NCBI RefSeq assembly: GCF_900232105.1 | Contig: NZ_LT934425.1 | Location: 900,001 to 932,000, forward strand | Source: Candidatus Kuenenia stuttgartensis | GTDB taxonomy: Bacteria; Planctomycetota; Brocadiia; Brocadiales; Brocadiaceae | Direction of reading: 5' to 3' | Length of the DNA stretch: 32,000 nucleotides | Shown here: positions 1-9,500 of the stretch, in pieces | How the letters are laid out: every line of letters starts with the position of its first letter | Position numbering within the stretch: the stretch's first letter is position 1 | Notes under the pieces: generated by a model | Databases searched by the model: none | Told to the model about the DNA's origin: nothing | The model's input: the letters and a program-made list of their open reading frames with translations, nothing else | Made by a program: the position numbers and the translations under genes

Positions 1-1
1 T

Positions 2-562
2 CAGAAAAGAGAATTGTACAATACAAGAAAGGAAGAAAAAAGCAGCCAAGCTGCTTTATTTATCTTTCTGAATCGCACTTGCTTTAACGGGCTATACAGA
101 GTAAACAGTAAGAATTTATTCAATGTACCGATGGGTAGTTATAAAAAACCTACTATCTGTGATGGTAAAAACATTTTATCTGTAAGTAATCTTTTGCAAA
201 AAGTTGAAATCCTTTGTGGTGACTACGAAGCGACATTAGATAAAGCGACAAACAATTCATTCTTCTATTTCGATCCACCGTACAAACCATTAAGCGAAAC
301 ATCAAGTTTTAACTCATACGCAAAAGACGAATTCAATGATGAAGAACAAATAAGACTGAAAAACTTTTGTTCTAAATTAAATGTACTTGGTCATCAATGG
401 ATTTTGAGCAATTCTGATGTTAAAGGAAAAAATTCTGCTGATAATTTTTTTGATGATTTGTATAGTGATTTTACGATTTTAAGAGTTGATGCCAGAAGAA
501 GTATTAATGCTAATCCTGAAAAAAGAGGTTCCTTAAAAGAATTATTAATTACAAACCAATAA
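2..562 (+). CDS. Dam-family (D12 class) N6-adenine DNA methyltransferase, C-terminal part; the 5' end lies outside the window
   Basis: The reading frame is open back to nt 2. Motifs LFIFLNRTCFNGLYRVN..FNVPMG and the catalytic FYFDPPY are typical of Dam / DpnM / M.MboIA enzymes. The gene sits 8 nt upstream of a DpnII-like endonuclease gene. Confidence 0.85.
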   Translation, partial: QKRELYNTRKEEKSSQAALFIFLNRTCFNGLYRVNSKNLFNVPMGSYKKPTICDGKNILSVSNLLQKVEILCGDYEATLDKATNNSFFYFDPPYKPLSETSSFNSYAKDEFNDEEQIRLKNFCSKLNVLGHQWILSNSDVKGKNSADNFFDDLYSDFTILRVDARRSINANPEKRGSLKELLITNQ

Positions 563-570
563 AATACAGA

Positions 571-1410
571 ATGTCTGAACAATTTAAACTATTCTTATCA
601 CTACTAAGTGAAACAAATGCAACCCTTGATTATTTTACTGATTTCAAAAAAATAACTTCAAACATCAATAAAATTTCAATAAAGCTGCATCAACTAAACT
701 ACCTTATCGGTAAAAAGGATTTAAAACAAGCTGTTAATGAACTTTATGAGGAAAATAAAGGTGTTTTTCAAGTACTTGATGTATTAATCGCAGTTAGAAA
801 AAAAGACAAAAAGAAAGTCATTAATAATGAAGGTAAAATCGTTCTTCTCGAAACCTATTTTGAATCTGCTGAGAAGATACTTGAATATATTAAAGACACT
901 GGCTTAGCTGAAGTTTTTAAAAACTGTAAAATCGCGAACCTTGTCGATTATGTTTTTGGTATTGAAGTCGGTTTAGATACAAATGCAAGAAAAAATAGAG
1001 GCGGTGATAAGATGGAAAAAGCAGTTGCTTTGATTTTCGATAACGCAAAGATTTTCCATAAAAAGCAGGTCAACATTACTGATTTTCCTGAAATTCTAAG
1101 TTTAGGTGAAGATTTAAAATGTTTTGATTTTGCAATAAAAACCAAGAGAAAAACATATTTGATCGAAGCGAATTTTTACAATAGTACAGGTTCTAAACTT
1201 AATGAAACAGCAAGGTCATATTCTGATGTTGCATCCAAAATTAATCAATGCAATAATTTTGAATTTGTTTGGATCACCGACGGTCAGGTTTGGCGTTCAG
1301 CCGCAAACAAGCTACAAGAAGCATTCAGTGTCATTCCAAGTATGTATAATCTTGCTACACTTCATTTATTCATTGAAAAACTGAACAAAGAAAAAACTGT
1401 TTCTTTTTAA
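571..1410 (+). CDS. Type II restriction endonuclease, DpnII/MboI family (predicted GATC specificity)
   Basis: The 279-aa product has blocks I recognise from R.DpnII: NLVDYVFGIEVGLDTNARKNRGGDKMEKAV, FDFAIKT..YLIEANFYNSTGSKLNETARSY and FVWITDGQVW. It follows a Dam-like methyltransferase. Confidence 0.8.
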   Translation: MSEQFKLFLSLLSETNATLDYFTDFKKITSNINKISIKLHQLNYLIGKKDLKQAVNELYEENKGVFQVLDVLIAVRKKDKKKVINNEGKIVLLETYFESAEKILEYIKDTGLAEVFKNCKIANLVDYVFGIEVGLDTNARKNRGGDKMEKAVALIFDNAKIFHKKQVNITDFPEILSLGEDLKCFDFAIKTKRKTYLIEANFYNSTGSKLNETARSYSDVASKINQCNNFEFVWITDGQVWRSAANKLQEAFSVIPSMYNLATLHLFIEKLNKEKTVSF

Positions 1411-1412
1411 GT

Positions 1413-1571
1413 ATGGTATGTTCACATTTCAAATCCGAAGATAAAAACTTATATTTACTTCATGGAGATACAATGGTTCTCTTGTCTTAATTTGAACATA
1501 AATTTGATATGGCTTTTACATGTCCACCATATTTTATATCTAACAACGGACTTTTCAATTCAAAGTGGTAA
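1413..1571 (+). pseudogene. Remnant of a second GATC methyltransferase (DpnA / M.MboIC-like N-terminus), with an in-frame stop and a truncated end
   Basis: My own translation gives MVCSHFKSEDKNLYLLHGDTMVLLS*FEHKFDMAFTCPPYFISNNGLFNSKW*. It starts 3 nt after the endonuclease stop. It matches the N-terminal layout of beta-class N6/N4 methyltransferases (..L.HGD....L......DMIF.DPPYF.SNGG). There is a TAA at 1488-1490 and no downstream SAM-binding half. Confidence 0.6.
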
Positions 1572-1619
1572 AATCGTGAGCGTAAATAAAGGTTAATTGG
1601 ATAAATCAGGTGGCTTCGA

Positions 1620-3245
1620 ATGATTCAAAAAACATCGAAAAATCCAAGTTTGATAACAGAATTTTGTACCCTTTGTAACTCTGAGGTAAAGCATGCATTA
1701 TCTTCTCATTTTAAAGAATCTCACAGCATAAAGTTGCTTGAAGAATCTATTCTAACTGATGTTGACAACGGTATGCCGGAAGTAGAAATTGGAAGAAAAT
1801 ATGGAATCACCTTCCGCTATTTAGAAAAACTTATAACACAAAGCAAGGGTATTAATGTTGGTTTTATTAAGCATAAAAAAATAAAGACTTTTGAGCCAAA
1901 AGATTTTAGCGAAGAAACCACAACAGTTTGGAGTTTTAAAAGCAGGGGTAATTGGGCAACACACAGTGGAGAGTACAGGGGCAACTGGTCTCCTTACATT
2001 CCACGTAATGTAATTCTTAAATATTCAAAACCAGGAGAAACTGTCCTGGACTTCTTTTGCGGAGTTGGTACTACTGCAATAGAAACAAAATTGTTGGGTA
2101 GAAAATGTATTGCCATTGATATTAATGATACGGCTATAGCTTTAGCGAAAAAAAATGTTGATTTTAAAGTTCCGGTAATAGAACCACTTTTCCAGCATAG
2201 CCAGCACAGCCAATATAAAATATATGAACCAGAATTGTTTGTGGGAGATGCGCGGAATCTATCATTTTTGAAAAATAATTCTATCGATCTCATTTGTGCC
2301 CATCCTCCTTATGCAAATATTATTCATTATACAGATTCCAAAGAGGGTGATTTATCCAGTCTTGATACGGAACTTTTTTTGAAAGAAATGGATAAAGTTG
2401 CTAAAGAAAGTTATAGAGTATTAAAACCAGGCAGGCAATGTGCTATTCTTATTGGAGATACGAGGAAGAAAAAGCATGTGATACCACTAGGGTTTAACCT
2501 TATAAATGTCTTTTTGAATGCAGGGTTTAAAATTAAAGAACTAGTAATAAAGCGCCAGCATAATTGCAAAACAACTGGTTTTTGGTATACAAACAGTATT
2601 AAGTTTAACTTTCTTTTATTAGCTCACGAATACCTGCCTATTTTTGAAAAACCTATTATAGAAGCAGATGAAGTTAAAGAAGATTATGTTGAATATGGTT
2701 TTTTAAGACACTATCAAAAAAAACCGAAGCTTGAGAAAAAACTGGAGGAACTTGAAACTTCAACGGTTTGGATATTTGCAGAGGATAATTTTGAAAAATT
2801 ATTAAATAAAAATGTTATTGACAGATATACAAGAGAAGATGGATATAAAGTAATTGATATTGGGTTAGATTCTGCGAAAACATCGCTTCTTTCTCATCAA
2901 AGAAAGAAAAATCTATTATTTGTCAAGTCCTCCTGTTTGGATAAAAAAGAATATTCCGGTTCCGACATCACTTTGTATCTAAAACAATTAAAAGATGTTT
3001 TGCAAAATGAATTGCCGTATATAAACGAAGGTGGACATTTTGTTGTCCAGACAAAAGACGTAAGAATTGGTAAATTTGTAGAACCTTTGGCAAAGTATAC
3101 TGTTGATTCAGTGAAATTTACAGAATTTGTCATTAAAGAAATTATTGTTGTTACCACCGAAAACCGAAAAATTGTTCAAAAAGAAAATATGTCAGATTTA
3201 CATACCTCGCACCAGTATTTACTAGTTTACAAAAAGAAAGATTAG
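1620..3245 (+). CDS. SAM-dependent DNA methyltransferase (amino-MTase type) with an N-terminal Cys/His plus HTH-like region and a degenerate repeat of its own core in the C-terminal half
   Basis: Motif I is VLDFFCGVGTTAIETKLLGRKCIAIDIN, followed by GDARNL and a motif IV-like LICAHPPYANII. The N-terminus has CTLCNSEVKHALSSHFKESH and then an HTH-like EIGRKYGITFRYLEKLI. An AGGTGG SD lies 6 nt before the ATG. Confidence 0.75.
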   Translation: MIQKTSKNPSLITEFCTLCNSEVKHALSSHFKESHSIKLLEESILTDVDNGMPEVEIGRKYGITFRYLEKLITQSKGINVGFIKHKKIKTFEPKDFSEETTTVWSFKSRGNWATHSGEYRGNWSPYIPRNVILKYSKPGETVLDFFCGVGTTAIETKLLGRKCIAIDINDTAIALAKKNVDFKVPVIEPLFQHSQHSQYKIYEPELFVGDARNLSFLKNNSIDLICAHPPYANIIHYTDSKEGDLSSLDTELFLKEMDKVAKESYRVLKPGRQCAILIGDTRKKKHVIPLGFNLINVFLNAGFKIKELVIKRQHNCKTTGFWYTNSIKFNFLLLAHEYLPIFEKPIIEADEVKEDYVEYGFLRHYQKKPKLEKKLEELETSTVWIFAEDNFEKLLNKNVIDRYTREDGYKVIDIGLDSAKTSLLSHQRKKNLLFVKSSCLDKKEYSGSDITLYLKQLKDVLQNELPYINEGGHFVVQTKDVRIGKFVEPLAKYTVDSVKFTEFVIKEIIVVTTENRKIVQKENMSDLHTSHQYLLVYKKKD

Positions 3246-3250
3246 CTGCT

Positions 3251-3697
3251 ATGGAATACTTAGAAAAATTTATGTCATTTAATAAGGATGGTAAGAAGGT
3301 CCTCCCTTTGAAGGTATTTGAAATAAATGGTGGTTTTATTGTAGGTGTATATCAAGGTTTAATAAGTAAATACGATATTCTCATTAAATACAGACAAAAT
3401 GTAAGAGATCCGTGGACCAGAATCAGAACACCAAAACATATTCACTGGACAGCAGATATATTAATAAAGCTTTATGCTGATAGGGAAAAAACCCAGGAAT
3501 TTCTCGATTTCTTAATTAATGTTTGGAATCAAACGAAACCATTCAAAAACAATGAGGAACGAGAAAAATTTTTAAGTATAGAAAATTTATTATATGTTAA
3601 TCAAAAAGAGATTTGCAGATTAGCACAGATAAAAAACTTCCTTAATTTTCTCCTATCTGCGGATTATTTATTTTCATCCTCCTTTGAAATAATTTAA
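3251..3697 (+). CDS. Hypothetical protein (148 aa), apparently translationally coupled to the upstream methyltransferase
   Basis: The ATG is 5 nt after the MTase stop, and the gene shares the AT-rich composition of the island. I recognise no family motif. The C-terminal tail is low-complexity, so the 3' end may be degraded. Confidence 0.4.
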   Translation: MEYLEKFMSFNKDGKKVLPLKVFEINGGFIVGVYQGLISKYDILIKYRQNVRDPWTRIRTPKHIHWTADILIKLYADREKTQEFLDFLINVWNQTKPFKNNEEREKFLSIENLLYVNQKEICRLAQIKNFLNFLLSADYLFSSSFEII

Positions 3698-3850
3698 GTA
3701 TAGCTTATTTCAATAAGAGAAATTCCATTTCCGTCTGAAGCAAAACAATGGATGTTTCATTCCACTTTTTCTAAGTCTCTCGATCAAGTTAAATCAATAT
3801 CTAACTTTTAACTCTTGCAAGCTAACCCATTCTGATGCGAAATTTACAAT

Positions 3851-5200
3851 ATGAATACTTTCAGCACATTTTTTAAAGCCTTATTAAACAACTCAAATAT
3901 ATCCTTATCACGGGATTTATATATCGATGAAATAAAATATATTATTTCTAAAATAAACGAATATTTTTACACAAATTATAAGGGTATTGGAGATACAAAT
4001 ATTTTAGATGTTGAGTTTGAATATTTCTCCGAATTTCATAAATTCTGGGAGAAATATCATAAGCAGATACTAAATCCACAGATTGATGATAGTCAATGTT
4101 CGAATGTTGCAGAAGTGTTACACGATATTTTTACCAAATATGGAAGGACGCTTTTTTATGAATTATATAGCACGTGTTCTCTAACACCTGAAAAAATTTG
4201 TAAAATACGGTATTTTTCTGCCAATCAGGATTTTAGAGGTTCAAGAAAATTTGAAGATTTATTTAAACGGTATAAAGACGACCCAAGTATTTTTGATACA
4301 AATAACATTAATCAAAACCCAGAAGATTTCTTAAGAAATATTGGAATAACAAGCCTTTCGCAAAATGATAAACGAGTCAAATATGCAATTACAGCTTCTA
4401 AACTCTTAATTGACAATAGAATTGAACCTTATGAACTGTTGTCATTTTGCCAGAATGATATAGAAAAGGTAAGAACCCTTTTGATAAACAATCGGGGTTC
4501 TGGTTTTGGTAATAAAAAGACGGACATGTTCTTAAGGGATATGGTTGTCTTAGGAGTTTGGAAGAATCCAAAAAATTTTGATAAAATTGATGTTGCGAGT
4601 GACATAAATACTGTAAAAGTTGCCCTAAGAAGCAGAATTTTAAAAACCGATATTGTTTTAATAAGCAGCTTTCTGGATGTTTTTTGCTATCAATACACCC
4701 TCATTGACAATATGAATGCATTGGCATGGCGGAGAGTTTGGGAAATATGGAATAACAAATATCCAAAAGAGTGCATCGCTAGCCCCAGCCTGATTGATTA
4801 TTTCATTTACAGGATTATAGGGAAAGAATTCTGCAAAGAATCATTATGCATTTTTAAATGCGAAACAGAAAATCATACTTTTAAATGGCATTCAGGGAGG
4901 AATAAGACCTGCCAAATATGCTTCAGAAATAAAGTAAAAAGTAAGGCTCATGTAATAAATAAGGTATTGCCATGCACAGATAATGAAGGCTATTTAGTAA
5001 TTGAAAATTCTGGTTTTGTTTCTGGCAATAATTCCTTACTTCCGAATCTAAAAGAATGCCCTTTTGAAATTGTCTGTAAGCCTAAAACCGATATTTTTAA
5101 AAAGCTTAATCCGCCTACATCTATCAGCATTTTTGGTCAGACTGGATGGGATAAGGCTAGAACAAGAGTTGGTGAAGGCGGTGGTGGAATAATGTCGTAA
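3851..5200 (+). CDS. HhH-GPD-superfamily DNA glycosylase-like protein with a C-terminal Cys cluster
   Basis: There is a helix-hairpin-helix-like LLINNRGSGFGNKKTDMFLRDMVVLG (compare GIGxKxAxxFLRN of archaeal Ogg and GVGRKTANVVL of Nth). About 25 residues later comes IDVASDINTVKVALRSRIL (compare VDTHVFRVxxR). The Cys-rich tail is CKESLCIFKCETENHTFKWHSGRNKTCQIC. The function is inferred from motifs only. Confidence 0.45.
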   Translation: MNTFSTFFKALLNNSNISLSRDLYIDEIKYIISKINEYFYTNYKGIGDTNILDVEFEYFSEFHKFWEKYHKQILNPQIDDSQCSNVAEVLHDIFTKYGRTLFYELYSTCSLTPEKICKIRYFSANQDFRGSRKFEDLFKRYKDDPSIFDTNNINQNPEDFLRNIGITSLSQNDKRVKYAITASKLLIDNRIEPYELLSFCQNDIEKVRTLLINNRGSGFGNKKTDMFLRDMVVLGVWKNPKNFDKIDVASDINTVKVALRSRILKTDIVLISSFLDVFCYQYTLIDNMNALAWRRVWEIWNNKYPKECIASPSLIDYFIYRIIGKEFCKESLCIFKCETENHTFKWHSGRNKTCQICFRNKVKSKAHVINKVLPCTDNEGYLVIENSGFVSGNNSLLPNLKECPFEIVCKPKTDIFKKLNPPTSISIFGQTGWDKARTRVGEGGGGIMS

Positions 5201-5330
5201 GCAGTTGTATAAAAATATATTCATTCATAAATACACACATAGGTCACAGCCTTTCATTAATCCCCTAAACCCGAGAAAGAGATAATTTTTTTATTTTTAA
5301 CGTATTCGCTCAGTTAAATACTTCTATAGG

Positions 5331-5358
5331 TTGCCAGTAATATACTTACCGTTATAAT
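5331..5358 (+). promoter_or_regulatory. Sigma70-like promoter (TTGCCA-16 nt-TATAAT) upstream of the HU/IHF gene
   Basis: TTGCCA is at 5331-5336 and TATAAT at 5353-5358. Caveat: the -10 box abuts the AAGGAG SD, so the 5' UTR would be extremely short. Confidence 0.4.
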
Positions 5359-5372
5359 TAAGGAGATATGTA

Positions 5373-5684
5373 ATGCAAACAACGACAAAAAGGGATCTGT
5401 GCGAAAAGATTGCCAGGAAAACAGACAACACGCATATGGTGGTAAAAAAGACAATTCAAATGTTTTTGGATGAAATTATAGGGGAGCTTTCACAGGGTAA
5501 TCGCATTGAATTGCGCGACTTCGGCGTCTTTGAAATTCGCCAGCGTGCGGCACGCAAGGCAAGAAACCCAAGAACCGGAGAAGTTGCTTTTGTACCGTCA
5601 AAAAATGTCGTTGTGTTCAAGGTTGGAAAACTCATGCGGGAAAAAGTTGGCAACTCACCACAAACACAACCCCCACCGCAATAA
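5373..5684 (+). CDS. HU/IHF-family DNA-binding protein (IHF-like)
   Basis: The arm motif is GNRIELRDFGVFEIRQRAARKARNPRTGEVAFVPSKNVVVFKVGK. A strong SD, TAAGGAG, lies 7 nt before the ATG. Confidence 0.85.
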   Translation: MQTTTKRDLCEKIARKTDNTHMVVKKTIQMFLDEIIGELSQGNRIELRDFGVFEIRQRAARKARNPRTGEVAFVPSKNVVVFKVGKLMREKVGNSPQTQPPPQ

Positions 5685-5700
5685 ATGTATTGGAGTTTCC

Positions 5701-6168
5701 ATGTTTAAACAAACACAAGTAAAAGAAGCGGGTATCATAAAACGTATTAACGGCAACAGAACGACCATCGAATTACTAAAACAAACAGCGGAGAACTGTA
5801 AGAGTTGCAGTGGTTGTGCAGAGGTAAAAGGTAGTTCGCAATATTTGGAAGTTGAAACAGTTCCCGGCACAAAGGAAGGGCAATTGGTAGTTACGCAAAA
5901 AACAATCCATTCACCTTACAAAAGTATAATACTCGTGTTTGTATTTCCATTAATTAGTTTACTAGTGGGTAGTTACGTAGGGCAAAATTACAACTTTTTT
6001 GGTATAACATCAAAAGACATAAGAATTATAGTTTGTGGATTTATTTTTTTTATATCTTCATTGGTTATAGCAGCTATTTACGACAAAATGTCAAAAAGTA
6101 AAACAACCACACCTCAAAAAATCATTCCTTATAATCTCCACAATAGCTACGACACCATTTTTAAATAG
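5701..6168 (+). CDS. RseC/MucC-family membrane protein (SoxR-reducing system RseC-like)
   Basis: The N-terminal domain has G.I..I.....TIEL......C.SCSGC, followed by two hydrophobic helices. I chose the ATG at 5701 (GGAG 6 nt upstream). The listed 5506 start overlaps the HU/IHF gene. Confidence 0.7.
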   Translation: MFKQTQVKEAGIIKRINGNRTTIELLKQTAENCKSCSGCAEVKGSSQYLEVETVPGTKEGQLVVTQKTIHSPYKSIILVFVFPLISLLVGSYVGQNYNFFGITSKDIRIIVCGFIFFISSLVIAAIYDKMSKSKTTTPQKIIPYNLHNSYDTIFK

Positions 6169-6316
6169 ATTCCACTCCTTATGTTTAAATTTAAAAGGAG
6201 AAGGATATTTGATTGAAGCATTAGTTGTTGCATGTCTCTAATTATTTAAGACTTAGTTCTTATTTTGATTAATGTTGTTTTTGTATGTGGTAATGCTTTC
6301 TCAGCAACCAAAAAGA

Positions 6317-6362
6317 GACCGGTTGCAAAAGAACTTCCACATCGTTCCTTTTGCAACCGGTC
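6317..6362. terminator. Bidirectional rho-independent terminator between convergent genes
   Basis: A perfect 15-bp stem pairs gaccggttgcaaaag (6317-6331) with cttttgcaaccggtc (6348-6362). It is flanked by an A-run on the left and tttttt on the right. Confidence 0.8.
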
Positions 6363-6596
6363 TTTTTTATCGTCAAGATGTTCACAAAATGTGAATTTTA
6401 TACAGGGTGGCACTGACACAAACTATGTTTATCCGTTACGAACGACAGTGAAAGAATCGTAAGTCTTTTTAGAACAATAGATTGTTTCGGGCCCCCCCTC
6501 ACAAAGGTATTTATTTTTACATATACATTTCACCGAAACTTTATACGAGCGTTCCTGCTGTACACAAATGGCATAGGAAAAAAGCACAGTAACCCA

Positions 6597-9500
6597 TTAC
6601 ATGCCTTTTGCTACCGTTATGCCCTTTGTTGCTACAAATGATTTTATGCTTACCAGATCATGATCATCGCGGGCGATGATAGTAATCACGTTTGGACCTT
6701 CTTTTAACGAATGTTTTGTATCAATCTTCAATGACGATTGTTGTCTTGGGCTTACATGTTTGTTTGATTTGAAAAAGATTTTATCATTGTTTATCAGTAC
6801 ATAAGCATGTTTTACGTGGGTATCGTCTTTTACAAGTGCAGAAATGGATAATTCTTCCTCGCCAAATAAAATGTTTGGCACGCCATCCAGAGAAATGGTG
6901 GGGGGGATTCGCTGTATAAACATTTCGAGTTCGTCGGATGATTTTCCGGCATCATTATTTACCGCAGTTACGTCCTTTGCAGAAACCCATCCGTATCTAT
7001 TATTAGGAAGTTCCGCCCTGTACCAATCAGCGTTGCTGACGTCAGACTTGAGAATTGTGCCCTCGTTCATCATTGATAAAACAGGGGTGTCAAATGACAT
7101 TCCACCATACAGTGGAATATGGTTTTTGTTTATCTTCAAAAGTTTGGAACTGGCCGTCAGCTTTTGGGGGACACCGGCAACCACGGAGAATTTTAATGTA
7201 TTACTTAAAAAAGCGCCGAAGATAGAGTCGGAAATAATAATATCCACATTAAATTCATTAGAAGCAATTGTTTCTTTGACGTTAAAAGTTAATTCCGCCT
7301 CCTTGATTTCTCCCGGATTTAATTGACCAATTTCAACCCTGCCTTTTTCTACAAACACCTCTTTGTCACTCAAATTTCTGAGGGTAACAACCGTTTTTTC
7401 GGAAATCCCATTTCCCATGTTTTTTACCATGACAAGGAGATTAATATTTTCGCCTTTGTTTATTAATCCATCACCGTTATTTTTGCCTGAAGAGTTTGTT
7501 GCCTGATCTAAAATCTGATAAGAAAAGGCAAAAAGCGGCTGAGGCAATGCCTCTATTGCCACAGTTAAATTAAGATCTGCCGGGTTGTTTTTATTTAACT
7601 CTTCAAATTTAATAGTAATTTCATCTTCCCGATCAAGTGAATTTTTTGGTATTTCTATCGTTTTGGTGTACGTCTTTTTACTTCCTTTGCCTATTTTACC
7701 AAAAATAAATTCATGTTTATCGTACAGACCGTTTTTGCTGGAAGAAATTCCGCGCAATTGATAGAGAGGTTTATCCCCCGTGTTTTCAATAGTTACCGTA
7801 AGCGTAATTTTTTCTCCGGCCTTTACCCGTTTATTAATGGGGTTTGTTAAAAAAGTAACATTTGTTGCGGATGCCCCTTCATTTATCCCTTCAGACCAGT
7901 CAATACTCAAGCTATCAAGCGCCTGTGCTATTTTCTTTTCTTCCTCTTCGGAAATTGCGTCAATTACTGAAAGAGAATTTTGCAGAAAACCTTCCTCTTT
8001 TTTCCATGTAGAAGTGTTTGCCAGTAATTTTCTGGCGAAGACAATATGGAAATCTTTATCAAAATCAGGCAGTTTGTAAGGGTCTTCGTCTTCCGCAGGT
8101 TCCACCTCCGCCTCTTTCCCGGCAACCGCGTCCTCTTTTTTTTCCTTTATTTCATGGAAGTACTTAAGGGTAGCAAAGGGAAATGCATCTTTGTGGTGGT
8201 CGTCCAAATGTTTTTTCAGATCTTCTTCCCTGATTGCCGTGATGCCATGAAAAAGATTGATGTTGTCCTTTTCTACGGTCACCGGAACAAGCTGTATGTC
8301 CGGTGTAATGCCAAAAGATTGAATGTCGGTAAAAAGAGGGGTAAGATATTTTGCGATGGTTAATTTTAGCGCCGAACCGTCCATTAACTCTATAAGCTGC
8401 TGGACAGACCCCTTGCCAAATGTTCTGTCTCCGACGATTATCGCACGGTTATTTTCCTTTAGAGCGCCGGCAACAATTTCAGCCCCTGAGGCGCTTCCTG
8501 CATCGACAAGCACCACTATGGGGTACAGTTCCTCGTCAGTATCCGTTTTTTTTGCATCGATCACTTCTCTGGGATGGCCTCCAGGCCCAACGGTAACAAC
8601 AATAGAGCCACTTTCCAGAAATTTGTCAGACACCTTGATTGCCTGGTCTAACAAACCACCCGAATTGTTCCGCAAATCGAGAATGAGTCCTTTCATTTTA
8701 TCATTGTTTTTGTTTAATTGTTTTAACTGCTCATTAAGGCGCTGAGAGGTATCATCCTGAAAATTCCTGATTCTTACATAGCCATAACCTCCTTCAATAG
8801 ATGCGGATTCTACCGTAGGAATTACTATTATTTCCCGTTTGAGGGCAAAAAGTTTTGTCTCTACTGCTTTATGTTTTAAAATGGAAAGTGTGACGGTTGA
8901 ACCCTGATCACCACGCAGTTTCCCAACAGATTCGGTAAGGTCCATATCTACGGTCGATTCTCCATCAATTTCCACAATTTTATCTCCTGCCTTTATTCCT
9001 GCCACTGCAGCAGGGGTTCCTTCAATGGGAGAAATTACCGTCAGAACGCCATCTCTTATTCCTACCACCATGCCGAGTCCTCCGAACTTGCCGGTAGTGC
9101 CAATCTTAAATTCGGTAAATTGTTTTGGCGGTAAGATAATGGAATGCGGGTCAAGCTGCGTCAACATGCCGTTGATTGCCGTATATTCCACATCGCTGGC
9201 GGTAAGTGATGCGTTCTCTTCCCGATGCTTATTGATAAAATCCAGGGCATCCTGCAGCACTTTGAAAACATCCTTGGACCGGTGAACTTCTGACAAATCA
9301 AATGTCTTTGAAACAGTGTCAACCGTAACGGTGTTTATCTTCTTCTCCTCAGAGTAGTCTACCAAGACTTCAGGTATGACTCTTTCCTGCCAATCAAGAG
9401 CTCCCTTAACCATTTCAACATTATCAATACGGTCAGGGTCAACATACAGGCGGTTAATATAGGAAAGTACAATTCCGGGAAGGCGAAATTTATATTCAGT

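Noticed and set aside
5506-5700. N-terminal 65 codons of the listed 220-aa ORF (5506-6168)
   Set aside because: They overlap the HU/IHF gene in another frame. The RseC-like homology begins at the ATG at 5701, which has its own GGAG.
6844-9285. Several listed plus-strand ORFs (6844-7326, 7780-8079, 8046-8363, 8323-8745, 9025-9285)
   Set aside because: All are antisense to the well-supported S41 peptidase gene. They have low-complexity translations and no motifs.
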